A stretch of DNA of 64,000 nucleotides from an uncultured Dehalococcoidaceae bacterium. GTDB lineage: Bacteria > Chloroflexota > Dehalococcoidia > Dehalococcoidales > RBG-16-60-22. Numbering within the stretch: position 1 is the first letter of the stretch; every line of letters starts with the position of its first letter. The stretch spans positions 4,530 through 68,529 of the forward strand of contig CAYZOI010000001.1 in NCBI GenBank assembly GCA_964480145.1, read 5' to 3'. The notes under the pieces are model-generated. The model ran no database searches. It saw only the letters and a list, made by a program, of their open reading frames with translations, and was not told where the DNA came from. This document shows, piece after piece, positions 17,541-25,494 of the stretch. The translations under genes were made by a program, and so were the position numbers.

Positions 17541-19151
17541 TCATCCCCACAGTTCTTCGATGTCTTTTTCCGCCTGTTTCCCGCCTTCGGCCTTTCCCGC
17601 AGTAAGAAATTCCTTATAAGACTGTGGTGAGCCGTACTCCCTCGTCTGGATGACCACCGGCATCGGCACGGCATGTCCGAAAATGAGCGCCTGCTGTTTT
17701 GACTCCAGCCGGGAGAGCACCGATTTCAGAGCACCTTTGCCGGAAACACCGGCGAGGACACTGTCAACATCCCGCTCGTTGTCGAGCAGGCAGGTGATTT
17801 TGGTGCCCATCTGCGACATCACCTCAGCGTCTATGCCGCTGGGACGCTGGTCAATGACCAGCAGTGTTACATTGTATTTTCTCATCTCGCGGGCGATAGT
17901 GCCGAAAATGGTCCGGGCGGCAACCTCCGGGTTCAGAAACCGGTGTGCCTCTTCAATGGTTATGACCAGCGGCTTGGGCTTGGTGGTCTCCTCACCCATC
18001 GCCTTCTCCATCCGGTCGCGGTACTGGGAGTGAATCCGCCGCGTCAACAGATTGGCCACCAGAATGTAGGCGGTGGTATCGGTGTAGCGGCCAAACTCCA
18101 GGACGACGTTTATGCCCCGGTCAAGGTATTCCAGAACGCGCGCGACCGCATTATCCGGGGCCTGGGGCTCGATGAAAGGGAGGCGGCTTATCGTGGCCAG
18201 TCCCCTCTTTAAATTCTGAAAGGTGCTTTCGTGGATAGCCAACTCATTTAATAACCGACTGGTTTCCTCGGAATCGGGCATGTCTGCGGCCTGCTGCAGC
18301 CAGTTCCTGCCGAATCGACGCCGCAACTGGTAAATGGCTTCCACGGCCGGCTCGGTGAGGTTCAGGGTCTGGCGCAGCAGCGCCATGTCCTCCGGCTCTA
18401 TCTCATCGTAGCCAATCCGGACAACAAAATCGGTGCTCACCTTTCTCCGTCGCGAGCTTTCCTCGTCAAGGGTGAACACTGCCACCTTCGAGGGAAATAG
18501 CTGCTTCAATCCCTTGACGGAACGCCCCCCCTCGCTCGTCCCCGCCCAGCCGTACTCGTTGTGCATGTCGAAAATCAAATTCACCGCGGCGCTCTTCTGC
18601 AGCATGCCGATGAGCAGGATGCGGGTGAGGAATGTCTTGCCCGTGCCGCTCTTGCCGAAGATGCCGTTGGAGCGTTTGACCAGTTCCGGCAGGTCGAGGC
18701 ATATCTTGGTCTCCATATCGAGCGGCGTTCCCACGTAAAACCTCTTTTCGTCCTCGCCGCCGAAGACGAGCTCAACATCCGCCTGCGAGGCCAGGTTGAC
18801 CACCGAGAAATGGCTGGGCACGGTTTTTACCGGCTTCGGCCCTTCTACCAGGTCCGCCACGTCGCCGCTGATGGTGAGCATGGGTAGTACGTGCAGGATA
18901 CCGTAGGTGCTCGTGCCGGAGAGCACTTCAGAAACAAAGGGATCTGTAATATCGGGCGGCGTCAGCGTAAACCGCGGGTCAATGACGCCCAGCTCGATAT
19001 CGGTTATCATGCCGAAAAAGCGCTGTCTCTGCCCCTCTATGGTGACGTAGCGACCTACCGCCATGTCCTCCACCGATACCGTCCCATCGAGCTTTACCTC
19101 AACGCCGCTCTCCAGCGAGCCGGAGACAACAACGCCCAATCTATCCGTCAT
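17541..19151 (-). CDS. herA: HerA-like (DUF87) hexameric ATPase/translocase
   Basis: 536 aa. N-terminal beta-barrel-like segment (GVVVSGS..VGRYVTIEG..FFGMITDI), Walker A GKSGTGKT, Walker B ITIEEAHRF, VIDQRPSGID. Confidence 0.8.
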   Translation of the reverse strand: MTDRLGVVVSGSLESGVEVKLDGTVSVEDMAVGRYVTIEGQRQRFFGMITDIELGVIDPRFTLTPPDITDPFVSEVLSGTSTYGILHVLPMLTISGDVADLVEGPKPVKTVPSHFSVVNLASQADVELVFGGEDEKRFYVGTPLDMETKICLDLPELVKRSNGIFGKSGTGKTFLTRILLIGMLQKSAAVNLIFDMHNEYGWAGTSEGGRSVKGLKQLFPSKVAVFTLDEESSRRRKVSTDFVVRIGYDEIEPEDMALLRQTLNLTEPAVEAIYQLRRRFGRNWLQQAADMPDSEETSRLLNELAIHESTFQNLKRGLATISRLPFIEPQAPDNAVARVLEYLDRGINVVLEFGRYTDTTAYILVANLLTRRIHSQYRDRMEKAMGEETTKPKPLVITIEEAHRFLNPEVAARTIFGTIAREMRKYNVTLLVIDQRPSGIDAEVMSQMGTKITCLLDNERDVDSVLAGVSGKGALKSVLSRLESKQQALIFGHAVPMPVVIQTREYGSPQSYKEFLTAGKAEGGKQAEKDIEELWG

Positions 19152-19753
19152 TTCAGCCTCCCCAGAATCGCTCTGAGCTGATTGAACTGCCCGCCGAGCA
19201 TAACGGCCAGCTCTTTGCCCGCCGCCACCAGAAAGCCGCGCGGGTCTTCCTGCGACTGGCTCATCAGGCGCAGGGCAGCGGGCACGATTTCGTCAACGGC
19301 TACGGGCAGATGAGCGCTCACCAGCATATTTAGAAACGCCAGCGACCGCCCAAACTCTTTTATCTCATCGGTAGAACACTGATAGACAAAGTCGTGGAGT
19401 CGCGCCGGACCGGGCGGCAGGTACTGGTTTATATTGTCCCCTATTTTATGTCCCACCACCAGCGCGCTGAACTCGCTGCGGAGCAGTTTTGAAAGCTGAG
19501 GGCTGGACTGGTAGATGGCCGCCTCGCTATCCTCATCTTTGCCGCGGGCGATGGGCCTTCTCCCCGGCTCCAGGCTGCCGGTGGTAGCGTGGTAGACGAT
19601 GCCGTAGATGTCCAGCTCACCGTCTTTCGTTTTCACCAGGCTGCCCAGAGGCGGCAGCTCATAAAGCTCGTAGCACTGCGCGGTAAAGCCCGCCGTGCTG
19701 GCTTCTATAATTTCACCGACTCTATCTGCTAAACTGGAGTTAATCAGTCTCAC
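19148..19753 (-). CDS. hypothetical 201-aa protein with a HAS-barrel-like N-terminus, coupled to herA
   Basis: ATGA stop/start overlap with herA at 19148-19151. N-terminus VGEIIEASTAGFTAQ..LGSLVKT..IYGIVYH fits a small beta-barrel pattern. The GTG start is embedded in AGGAGGTGA, so the exact start is uncertain. Confidence 0.6.
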   Translation of the reverse strand: MRLINSSLADRVGEIIEASTAGFTAQCYELYELPPLGSLVKTKDGELDIYGIVYHATTGSLEPGRRPIARGKDEDSEAAIYQSSPQLSKLLRSEFSALVVGHKIGDNINQYLPPGPARLHDFVYQCSTDEIKEFGRSLAFLNMLVSAHLPVAVDEIVPAALRLMSQSQEDPRGFLVAAGKELAVMLGGQFNQLRAILGRLK

Positions 19754-19770
19754 CTCCTGTGGTACTCTAT

Positions 19771-19855
19771 TCCCTCTTTGGAAAAGGGGGATAAAGGGGG
19801 ATTTGCAATCCCTCTCAATCTCCCTTCAGGAAAGGGAGAGGTCAAATCTCTCTTA
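19771..19855. repeat. G/C-tract hairpin repeat element (left flank of the low-GC cassette)
   Basis: Hairpins TCCCTCTTTggaAAAGGGGGA (19771-19791) and TCTCCCTTcaggaAAGGGAGA (19819-19839). Tandem AAAGGGGGAT x2 (19783-19802). The 3' part (19831-19855) resembles 21189-21215. Confidence 0.55.
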
Positions 19856-19867
19856 TTCTACTGTCTC

Positions 19868-19933
19868 TTACTTCCCTTTCTTGTCTTTCTTCTGCTTGGC
19901 TTTCTTTACGTTTTTTCTGCCTTTACTGCCCAT
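19868..19933 (-). CDS. 21-aa lysine-rich micro-ORF (MGSKGRKNVKKAKQKKDKKGK)
   Basis: Hand-translated. AGGAG lies 8 nt upstream of the ATG, and the ORF starts 23 nt after the DUF2130 stop. No homology is known to me. Confidence 0.25.
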   Translation of the reverse strand: MGSKGRKNVKKAKQKKDKKGK

Positions 19934-19956
19934 TTTATATCTCCTGACTTGACTTG

Positions 19957-21081
19957 TTAATTACTCTCAGAATCATTACCTGACGCAAGTAGCTGTAAAC
20001 CTTTGATCTGAGGTAGTAATGCTCGGCCAATTATGCCTCTTATGTCTGAATAGAATCCCGTTGCCCCTTTGATAGCCTTTTCTATTTCCTTCTTTCGTGT
20101 ATTCCAAATGCCCTCCATGGCACGTCTCTCTTGGTCAATGTCTTCCTGCATTGCGAGAAGTGCTTCCACAACAGGTTCTATTCTTTGTTTGAATTCTGGG
20201 CCTGCGAAGTAAGCATAAAGAGCTTCTATCTTTTGGTCTCTACCTTCCAAAGAAAGCCGATTATTAGTTATTTCGATTAAGCTAAACCTAAGAACATCAG
20301 AAAGGCAACACGCTACTGGTAGGCGTGCAACCCATACATTTTCAACCATACCAAAAGTCGTTACATTTTCTGGAGTCACTATGGAAGCGATGGCGGCAAT
20401 ATCAGCTTTTTTATCTCTTTGGTCGTTCTTTAGTTTTGGTATCCAACTAGTGTTCCAACTCGCAGTATTCTTGGATTCCCAGAGGATAGTTCCACATAAT
20501 TGCATATTATTATTTTTGTCTTTTACTTTCTGTATTATATCAGCACCTTTTGCTCCCCTTTTTACAATTTCTATATCATCTTCTGGGAAACTGGACTCAA
20601 GCATCCGCTCGAGCTCATACTGTAAGGCGTCGCCTTTAATTTGAGGTGAAATTTGTTCGGATTTCTCTTGGAGTTCTTTAATTTTTGTCAGAAGTTCCTT
20701 ATTCTCATAATCTTTCTCCACGATTTTTTTATTATACTCATCACTAAGTTTTTTCTTTTCTTCATCTACTTTACGGTCGACTTCCAAATCAAGTTCCTTT
20801 TCTCTGGCGTCTACTTTCTTAAGTCTATTTCTTAAACTACGCTCAACGTCTTGTGACTCTTTGAGTTTCTTTTCAGATTGATTTAGTTCGCTCTGAAGTT
20901 CTTCAATAGCCCGATTTGCTTCCTTCGTAGCCTTTTCCTTCTCTGCATCCAATTTCGGTTTCAACCCAGCTTCCCATTGCTTTTTCCACTCTTGTTGAAA
21001 TGGATAAAGAACTGTATCTGCTAGTTGAAACTCTGCTCCACATTTAGGGCAAGTGATTAGATTACTCGTTGTCTTAACCAT
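19957..21081 (-). CDS. DUF2130-type protein: N-terminal Zn ribbon, long K/E coiled coil, conserved C-terminal domain
   Basis: ORF track 19957..21105. ATG21081 (MVKTTSNLITCPKCGAEF) is preferred because GGAGG lies inside the longer version. C-terminus ..GAKGADIIQKV..GTILWESKNT..W..WIPKLKNDQ.. matches my memory of DUF2130. The gene is conspicuously AT-rich. Confidence 0.7.
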   Translation of the reverse strand: MVKTTSNLITCPKCGAEFQLADTVLYPFQQEWKKQWEAGLKPKLDAEKEKATKEANRAIEELQSELNQSEKKLKESQDVERSLRNRLKKVDAREKELDLEVDRKVDEEKKKLSDEYNKKIVEKDYENKELLTKIKELQEKSEQISPQIKGDALQYELERMLESSFPEDDIEIVKRGAKGADIIQKVKDKNNNMQLCGTILWESKNTASWNTSWIPKLKNDQRDKKADIAAIASIVTPENVTTFGMVENVWVARLPVACCLSDVLRFSLIEITNNRLSLEGRDQKIEALYAYFAGPEFKQRIEPVVEALLAMQEDIDQERRAMEGIWNTRKKEIEKAIKGATGFYSDIRGIIGRALLPQIKGLQLLASGNDSESN

Positions 21082-21158
21082 TGCTCTTTTCCCTCCTTTT
21101 CCCACTTATGCTATTTTTTAAGGCAAGCTTAAAGTGGTTTAGCCCCTTCAAAACTTAT

Positions 21159-21215
21159 CCTCCCCCTCTCCTCCTAGGATAGGGGGGCAAAGAGGGTGAG
21201 GCCAAAATTCTCTTA
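21159..21215. repeat. G/C-tract hairpin repeat element (right flank of the low-GC cassette)
   Basis: Imperfect hairpin CCTCCCCCTCT (21159-21169) / AGAGGGTGAGG (21191-21201). 21189-21215 (AAAGAGGGTGAGGCCAAAATTCTCTTA) aligns by hand with 19831-19855. Confidence 0.5.
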
Positions 21216-21353
21216 CCCTGCCGCCTGTCCCAGGTAGAAAGGCCAGACCACTATCCCCAGGATAATCTTCCACCATACCAGCTCCGCATAGCCGATGGTG
21301 AACAGCCAGCCGATGAACCATATAATGCCGAATCCGGGTCCACTGTGCTTCAT
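21213..21353 (-). CDS. 46-aa membrane micro-protein (MKHSGPGFGIIWFIGWLFTIGYAELVWWKIILGIVVWPFYLGQAAG)
   Basis: Hand-translated. AGGAGG lies 7 nt upstream of the ATG. Two hydrophobic, Trp-rich segments. Different frame from the listed 75-aa ORF 21148..21375. Confidence 0.55.
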   Translation of the reverse strand: MKHSGPGFGIIWFIGWLFTIGYAELVWWKIILGIVVWPFYLGQAAG

Positions 21354-21396
21354 TTTTTCCCTCCTTCTTTAACATCGCGGTGAGTTTAATAATATA

Positions 21397-22596
21397 TTAC
21401 ACCCACCTCGTCCGCTTGCTAAAACTCTTGGCGGAGGTGAGGGTGGGGATTTTTTCCTCAACGCAGAGTGCTTCCACCAGCTGCCAGAACTCGGCGCGGT
21501 CGGCACCGGTGACCACCGCCTGCTCGTGGGCCTCACTCAAAGCCACCGGGTAGCCCTGCCCCCTCTGGCACTGGTCAAGGAGCAAAGCGTGCGCCGTGTC
21601 CAGCAAGTCTGGGTTTTCCGCCACCCAGCGCGGCAGCTCCACCCGCGCCACCTCTTCCTCAAGCCGTATGTAAAAGAAATAAACCCTGTGTTCGCCGTAA
21701 CGTTCCTTCGTTATCTTGGACGGGCTTACGAACAGCGCCGACCTCTCGCCCGGCTCTAATACATCCATGAAGAGTTCACGGTCGGTTACGCCGGCCACGC
21801 CTTCGCAGTCCCTATCTTTATTGGGCGGGCAGAAGCGGTCGCAGTCGGCCACCTCGTGCGGGCAGATGGCCACCCGCAGGACGTTGACCACATCTGTACT
21901 CCTGGGAAAACTGATGTAGCTGGCCAGCGCCATCTTCTTATCCCGGTTTTGCTTTCTCATCTCTTCCAAGCAAAGTAAAAAGCCATTGCCCAGCAGCGCC
22001 TCGGTGACGAAGTCGGGAAACGCCTCCAGTCCCCAAAGAATCAAAGTGCCATCGAGCAGCGCCAGAGTGCTGCTGCCCGGGGGCTGTTCCGCAGCCAGCG
22101 CAGACAGGTGGCGGCATTCCTCAACGGCGCGCTTGATGCCGAGCAATGTTCCTTCCACCACCTGCTCACGACCGCTCGCCGCCGCCGGCTTTATCACCAG
22201 GTCTTCATCTTCAGCGTAGAGGTGCGGGGCACTATCCAGCAGGGCATCTGGTTCGTCGCCGTACCTGAGAGCAACGGTACCGATGTTTATCAGGTAGCAC
22301 CGCGTGGAACGATGCCGGTCAACGTCAATATGGGAGCCATCGGCAGCCATCACGCTGAACGCGGCGGGGAGGGGCGGCGCCGGGTATCGTTCCGCCAGTC
22401 CGTCGCACAGCTCCGCCACCAGCCACGTGGTCCGGCTGGCCGCGACTTTCCTCTTCAGTTTCTCCAGGTCAATGGCTTCATCGCCAAAGATTTGCCGCGC
22501 GTACTGAAGTCGCTGCTGCCTTTCGGCACGGCCTTCCTTCAGGCGCACCACCATGTTGCTGGCCTGCGAGGCTATCTTGGTTAAATCCAGTGACAC
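21397..22596 (-). CDS. nurA: NurA-domain 5'-3' nuclease-like protein
   Basis: 399 aa. ..VMAADGSHIDVDRH.. (NurA D-G-S motif) and C-terminal ..GQGYPVALSEAHEQAVV.. (NurA GYP..L..AH motif). GTG start. Confidence 0.7.
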   Translation of the reverse strand: MSLDLTKIASQASNMVVRLKEGRAERQQRLQYARQIFGDEAIDLEKLKRKVAASRTTWLVAELCDGLAERYPAPPLPAAFSVMAADGSHIDVDRHRSTRCYLINIGTVALRYGDEPDALLDSAPHLYAEDEDLVIKPAAASGREQVVEGTLLGIKRAVEECRHLSALAAEQPPGSSTLALLDGTLILWGLEAFPDFVTEALLGNGFLLCLEEMRKQNRDKKMALASYISFPRSTDVVNVLRVAICPHEVADCDRFCPPNKDRDCEGVAGVTDRELFMDVLEPGERSALFVSPSKITKERYGEHRVYFFYIRLEEEVARVELPRWVAENPDLLDTAHALLLDQCQRGQGYPVALSEAHEQAVVTGADRAEFWQLVEALCVEEKIPTLTSAKSFSKRTRWV

Positions 22597-22696
22597 CCTT
22601 TTTCCCTCTACGGCAAAGTATAATTCATCACTGGAATGAACTCAAGCCAGTAAGACACCGAAAGCAAGGGTATGATATGATGAGAGGGAGGTTCAC

Positions 22697-23308
22697 ATGC
22701 TTCCAATCCTGCTGAGCGTTGCCGTTATCTCCTTCTCCGGGGTAATGATGCCCGGCCCCATGCTCGCCGTCACCCTGGCGAAAAGCTACAGGTCACCGTG
22801 GGCGGGAGTCTGGATTTCCCTCGGGCACGCCGTTATTGAAGTCCCTCTAATACTACTCATCTACTTCGGTTTCGCCCAGTTCTTTCAGGTTACTGTTGTG
22901 CGGCTGGCGCTGAGCGTGGCGGGCAGCGGCATGATAATCTGGATGGGCGTGAGCATGTTCCGCGCCCGCAGCGAGGTTGCCAGAAAAAGGAAGGACCTGC
23001 CTTACAACGCCTTCGCCGCCGGCATTCTGACCAGCGTCTTCAACCCTTTTTTTCTGGTCTGGTGGGCGACCATCGGCAGCATGCTCATTATGCGCATCCT
23101 CGAATTCGGCACGATGGGTCTTATTGTCTTCACCATGGTGCACTGGCTGTGCGACCTCACCTGGCTGACACTGGTATCCAACGTTATTTACCGGACGCAC
23201 GCCTTCTGGAACCAGCGCGTGCAGGAGTGGCTTTTCATTGCCTGCAGCCTGCTACTGGTTGGCTTCGGCATCTGGTTTCTGGTGTCGGGCATCAGGCTTG
23301 TGATTTAG
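22697..23308 (+). CDS. LysE/RhtB-family amino-acid exporter
   Basis: 203 aa with 5-6 TM segments. N-terminal ..PGPM.. and ..NP..W.. motifs. Confidence 0.8.
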   Translation: MLPILLSVAVISFSGVMMPGPMLAVTLAKSYRSPWAGVWISLGHAVIEVPLILLIYFGFAQFFQVTVVRLALSVAGSGMIIWMGVSMFRARSEVARKRKDLPYNAFAAGILTSVFNPFFLVWWATIGSMLIMRILEFGTMGLIVFTMVHWLCDLTWLTLVSNVIYRTHAFWNQRVQEWLFIACSLLLVGFGIWFLVSGIRLVI

Positions 23309-23317
23309 AGGTGAATT

Positions 23318-24352
23318 ATGAAAGCGGGTTATGTTTACGACCCCATATATCTGAAGCATGAAACCGGCTATCACCCGGAAAATGCCAAACGCCTGGAAGC
23401 GGTTATGGCTCACCTTGAGGAAACGGGGCTGATAGAGCAGCTAACGCCGGTCAACCCTCGCCCGGCCACCGCGGAAGAGCTGAATTATGTCCACCGGGCA
23501 TCGTATGTCTCGCGCATCAAGGATGCGGCGTCAGAGGGCATTGACTGGCTTGACGCCGACACGGTAATGTCGCCGGACTCCTACGATGCCGCGCGGTATG
23601 CCGCCGGCGGCGCCATTGAGGCAACCGATGCCGTCATCAGCGGCAAGGTGAGCAGTGCTTTTGCCCTGGTCAGACCCCCCGGCCACCACGCCACTGCAAC
23701 GGCGGCCATGGGTTTCTGCCTCTTCAACAACATCGCCATCGCCGCCCGGCATGCCCTCAAGAAACAAAAGCTGGAAAAAGTCGCCATCATCGATTTTGAC
23801 GTGCATCACGGCAATGGCACCCAGGAAGCCTTCGACAGCGACCCTCAGGTCCTTTATATCTCTGCCCACCAGTACCCTCACTATCCGGGCAGCGGGACCA
23901 TTTACGAGACCGGGAGCGGTGCCGCGCAGGGCAGCAAGGTCAACATCCCCCTGCCCGCTGGTTCCGGCGATGATGAATACCGGCAGGTTTTTGAGCAAAT
24001 CATCGTGCCGGTTACCAAACGTTTCCGCCCTGAGCTTATCCTGGTGTCCGCCGGCTATGACCCGCACCGGGCAGACCACCTGGCCATGATGGAGGTCAGC
24101 GTCACCGGCTTCGCCGAGATGGTAAGAACCATCAAGGGACTGGCCGACGAATTCTGCGCTGGGAAACTAGTTTTCACTCTTGAGGGCGGCTACAACCTGA
24201 AAGCGCTGGCGACGTCGGTGAAGGCCACCTTCGATGTCCTCCTCGGCAATCCGGATATCGAAGACCCGCTGGGGCCACCGAAGCGCCGGTGGGCAGCGCC
24301 GGACATCAGCTCACTGATTAAGGAGATAAAGAAAATACATAAAATTGCCTGA
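23318..24352 (+). CDS. histone-deacetylase-family (Zn-dependent) deacetylase, AcuC/HDAC-like
   Basis: 344 aa. RPPGHHA, DFDVHHGNGTQ, ..EGGY.. motifs. Confidence 0.85.
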   Translation: MKAGYVYDPIYLKHETGYHPENAKRLEAVMAHLEETGLIEQLTPVNPRPATAEELNYVHRASYVSRIKDAASEGIDWLDADTVMSPDSYDAARYAAGGAIEATDAVISGKVSSAFALVRPPGHHATATAAMGFCLFNNIAIAARHALKKQKLEKVAIIDFDVHHGNGTQEAFDSDPQVLYISAHQYPHYPGSGTIYETGSGAAQGSKVNIPLPAGSGDDEYRQVFEQIIVPVTKRFRPELILVSAGYDPHRADHLAMMEVSVTGFAEMVRTIKGLADEFCAGKLVFTLEGGYNLKALATSVKATFDVLLGNPDIEDPLGPPKRRWAAPDISSLIKEIKKIHKIA

Positions 24353-24373
24353 GGTATTCTAAAGAGTAATAAG

Positions 24374-24520
24374 ATGCTCAAGGATTTGATATTTTATACG
24401 GTTGCCGCTAATGTGATTGCCCTAATTGCAGTACTTGTCGGGGCAAGTCTGGCTGTAATACTGTTTTCGTCTTTGCTGATTCCGCCGGTTATTCTTATTG
24501 TCTGGAGAATTATCCGCTGA
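24374..24520 (+). CDS. possible 48-aa membrane micro-protein
   Basis: Hand-translated as MLKDLIFYTVAANVIALIAVLVGASLAVILFSSLLIPPVILIVWRIIR. The SD is weak, so this is speculative. Confidence 0.2.
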   Translation: MLKDLIFYTVAANVIALIAVLVGASLAVILFSSLLIPPVILIVWRIIR

Positions 24521-24572
24521 ACAGACTGCCCTCAGTGGCCACCGCATTCCTGCGCAGCATAAAAAGCCTGCC

Positions 24573-25487
24573 TCAGGGCTTATCATGCCGCAAATCCGGC
24601 GGGATGGGGCACCGCTCACACTTCTCCTCGCAGGGTTCAACATGAATTACCACGCTGGCATGCTGTAATTTGCTCTTGATATCCCGTTCCAGATGGTCAC
24701 ACATCTGGTGCGCTTTTTCGATGCTGATATTTTTCGGCATTACCAGATGCAAATCAATGTAACGCTGCCTGCCCGCTTTCCGGGTACGCAGGGCATGAAA
24801 ATCAACCAGTTCCCCGATATGCTCCATTATGGCTGCTTTGACAATATTTTCTTCGTCTTCCGGCAACTTGACATCAATCAGCCCGCCGAATGACTTTTTC
24901 ATCACGTCATAACCTGACTTAAAAATGACCAGAGAAACCAGCAGCGCAATTATCGGGTCAATGATGGCGAGGCTGGTGAAACGGATGATAATCAGCCCCA
25001 CCAGTACGCCCGCTGCCGAGTAAACATCCGCGGCAATATTACGAGCATTGGCCTCGAATGCCACCGAATCGGTGGTCTTTGCTACTTTGAGCAGGTACTT
25101 TGACAGGAAAACGCTGACAATGATGGAAACCAGCATCATGCCTATACCGGCTTCCGTCAATTCAAGGGTTGCCCCGGTGATAATGCGGCGTATCGCTGAA
25201 TATATAATCAGGCCGCCGGCGGCAAAAATCAGTGTCGCCTGCGCCACCGCCGCTATATTTTCCACTTTGCCATGGCCGAAAGGGTGCTCTTCATCAGCGG
25301 GCCTGGCAGCGACCACAACGGCAAAAAAGGTAATGGTGATGGCGAACAAATCCAGAAAACTGTCTGCCGCCTGGGCAAGAACACTGATGCTCCCCGTGAT
25401 GACCCCCACCGCCACCTTGAACACTATCAGTCCTGTAACTACGCCCAGAGAAAGCTTGGCGGCGCCTCTTCTGGTGGCAAGCATCAT
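24573..25487 (-). CDS. cation diffusion facilitator (CDF) metal efflux transporter
   Basis: 304 aa with 6 TM segments and a cytoplasmic C-terminal domain. ..DSFLD.. and ..HGKVE.. motifs. Confidence 0.85.
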   Translation of the reverse strand: MMLATRRGAAKLSLGVVTGLIVFKVAVGVITGSISVLAQAADSFLDLFAITITFFAVVVAARPADEEHPFGHGKVENIAAVAQATLIFAAGGLIIYSAIRRIITGATLELTEAGIGMMLVSIIVSVFLSKYLLKVAKTTDSVAFEANARNIAADVYSAAGVLVGLIIIRFTSLAIIDPIIALLVSLVIFKSGYDVMKKSFGGLIDVKLPEDEENIVKAAIMEHIGELVDFHALRTRKAGRQRYIDLHLVMPKNISIEKAHQMCDHLERDIKSKLQHASVVIHVEPCEEKCERCPIPPDLRHDKP

Positions 25488-25494
25488 TCCCTAC

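Noticed and set aside
21148-21375. Listed 75-aa ORF between nurA and the DUF2130 gene
   Set aside because: Its ATG lies inside the AGGAGG that serves the 46-aa TM micro-ORF in another frame. The product is neither hydrophobic nor motif-bearing and reads through the flank hairpin repeat.
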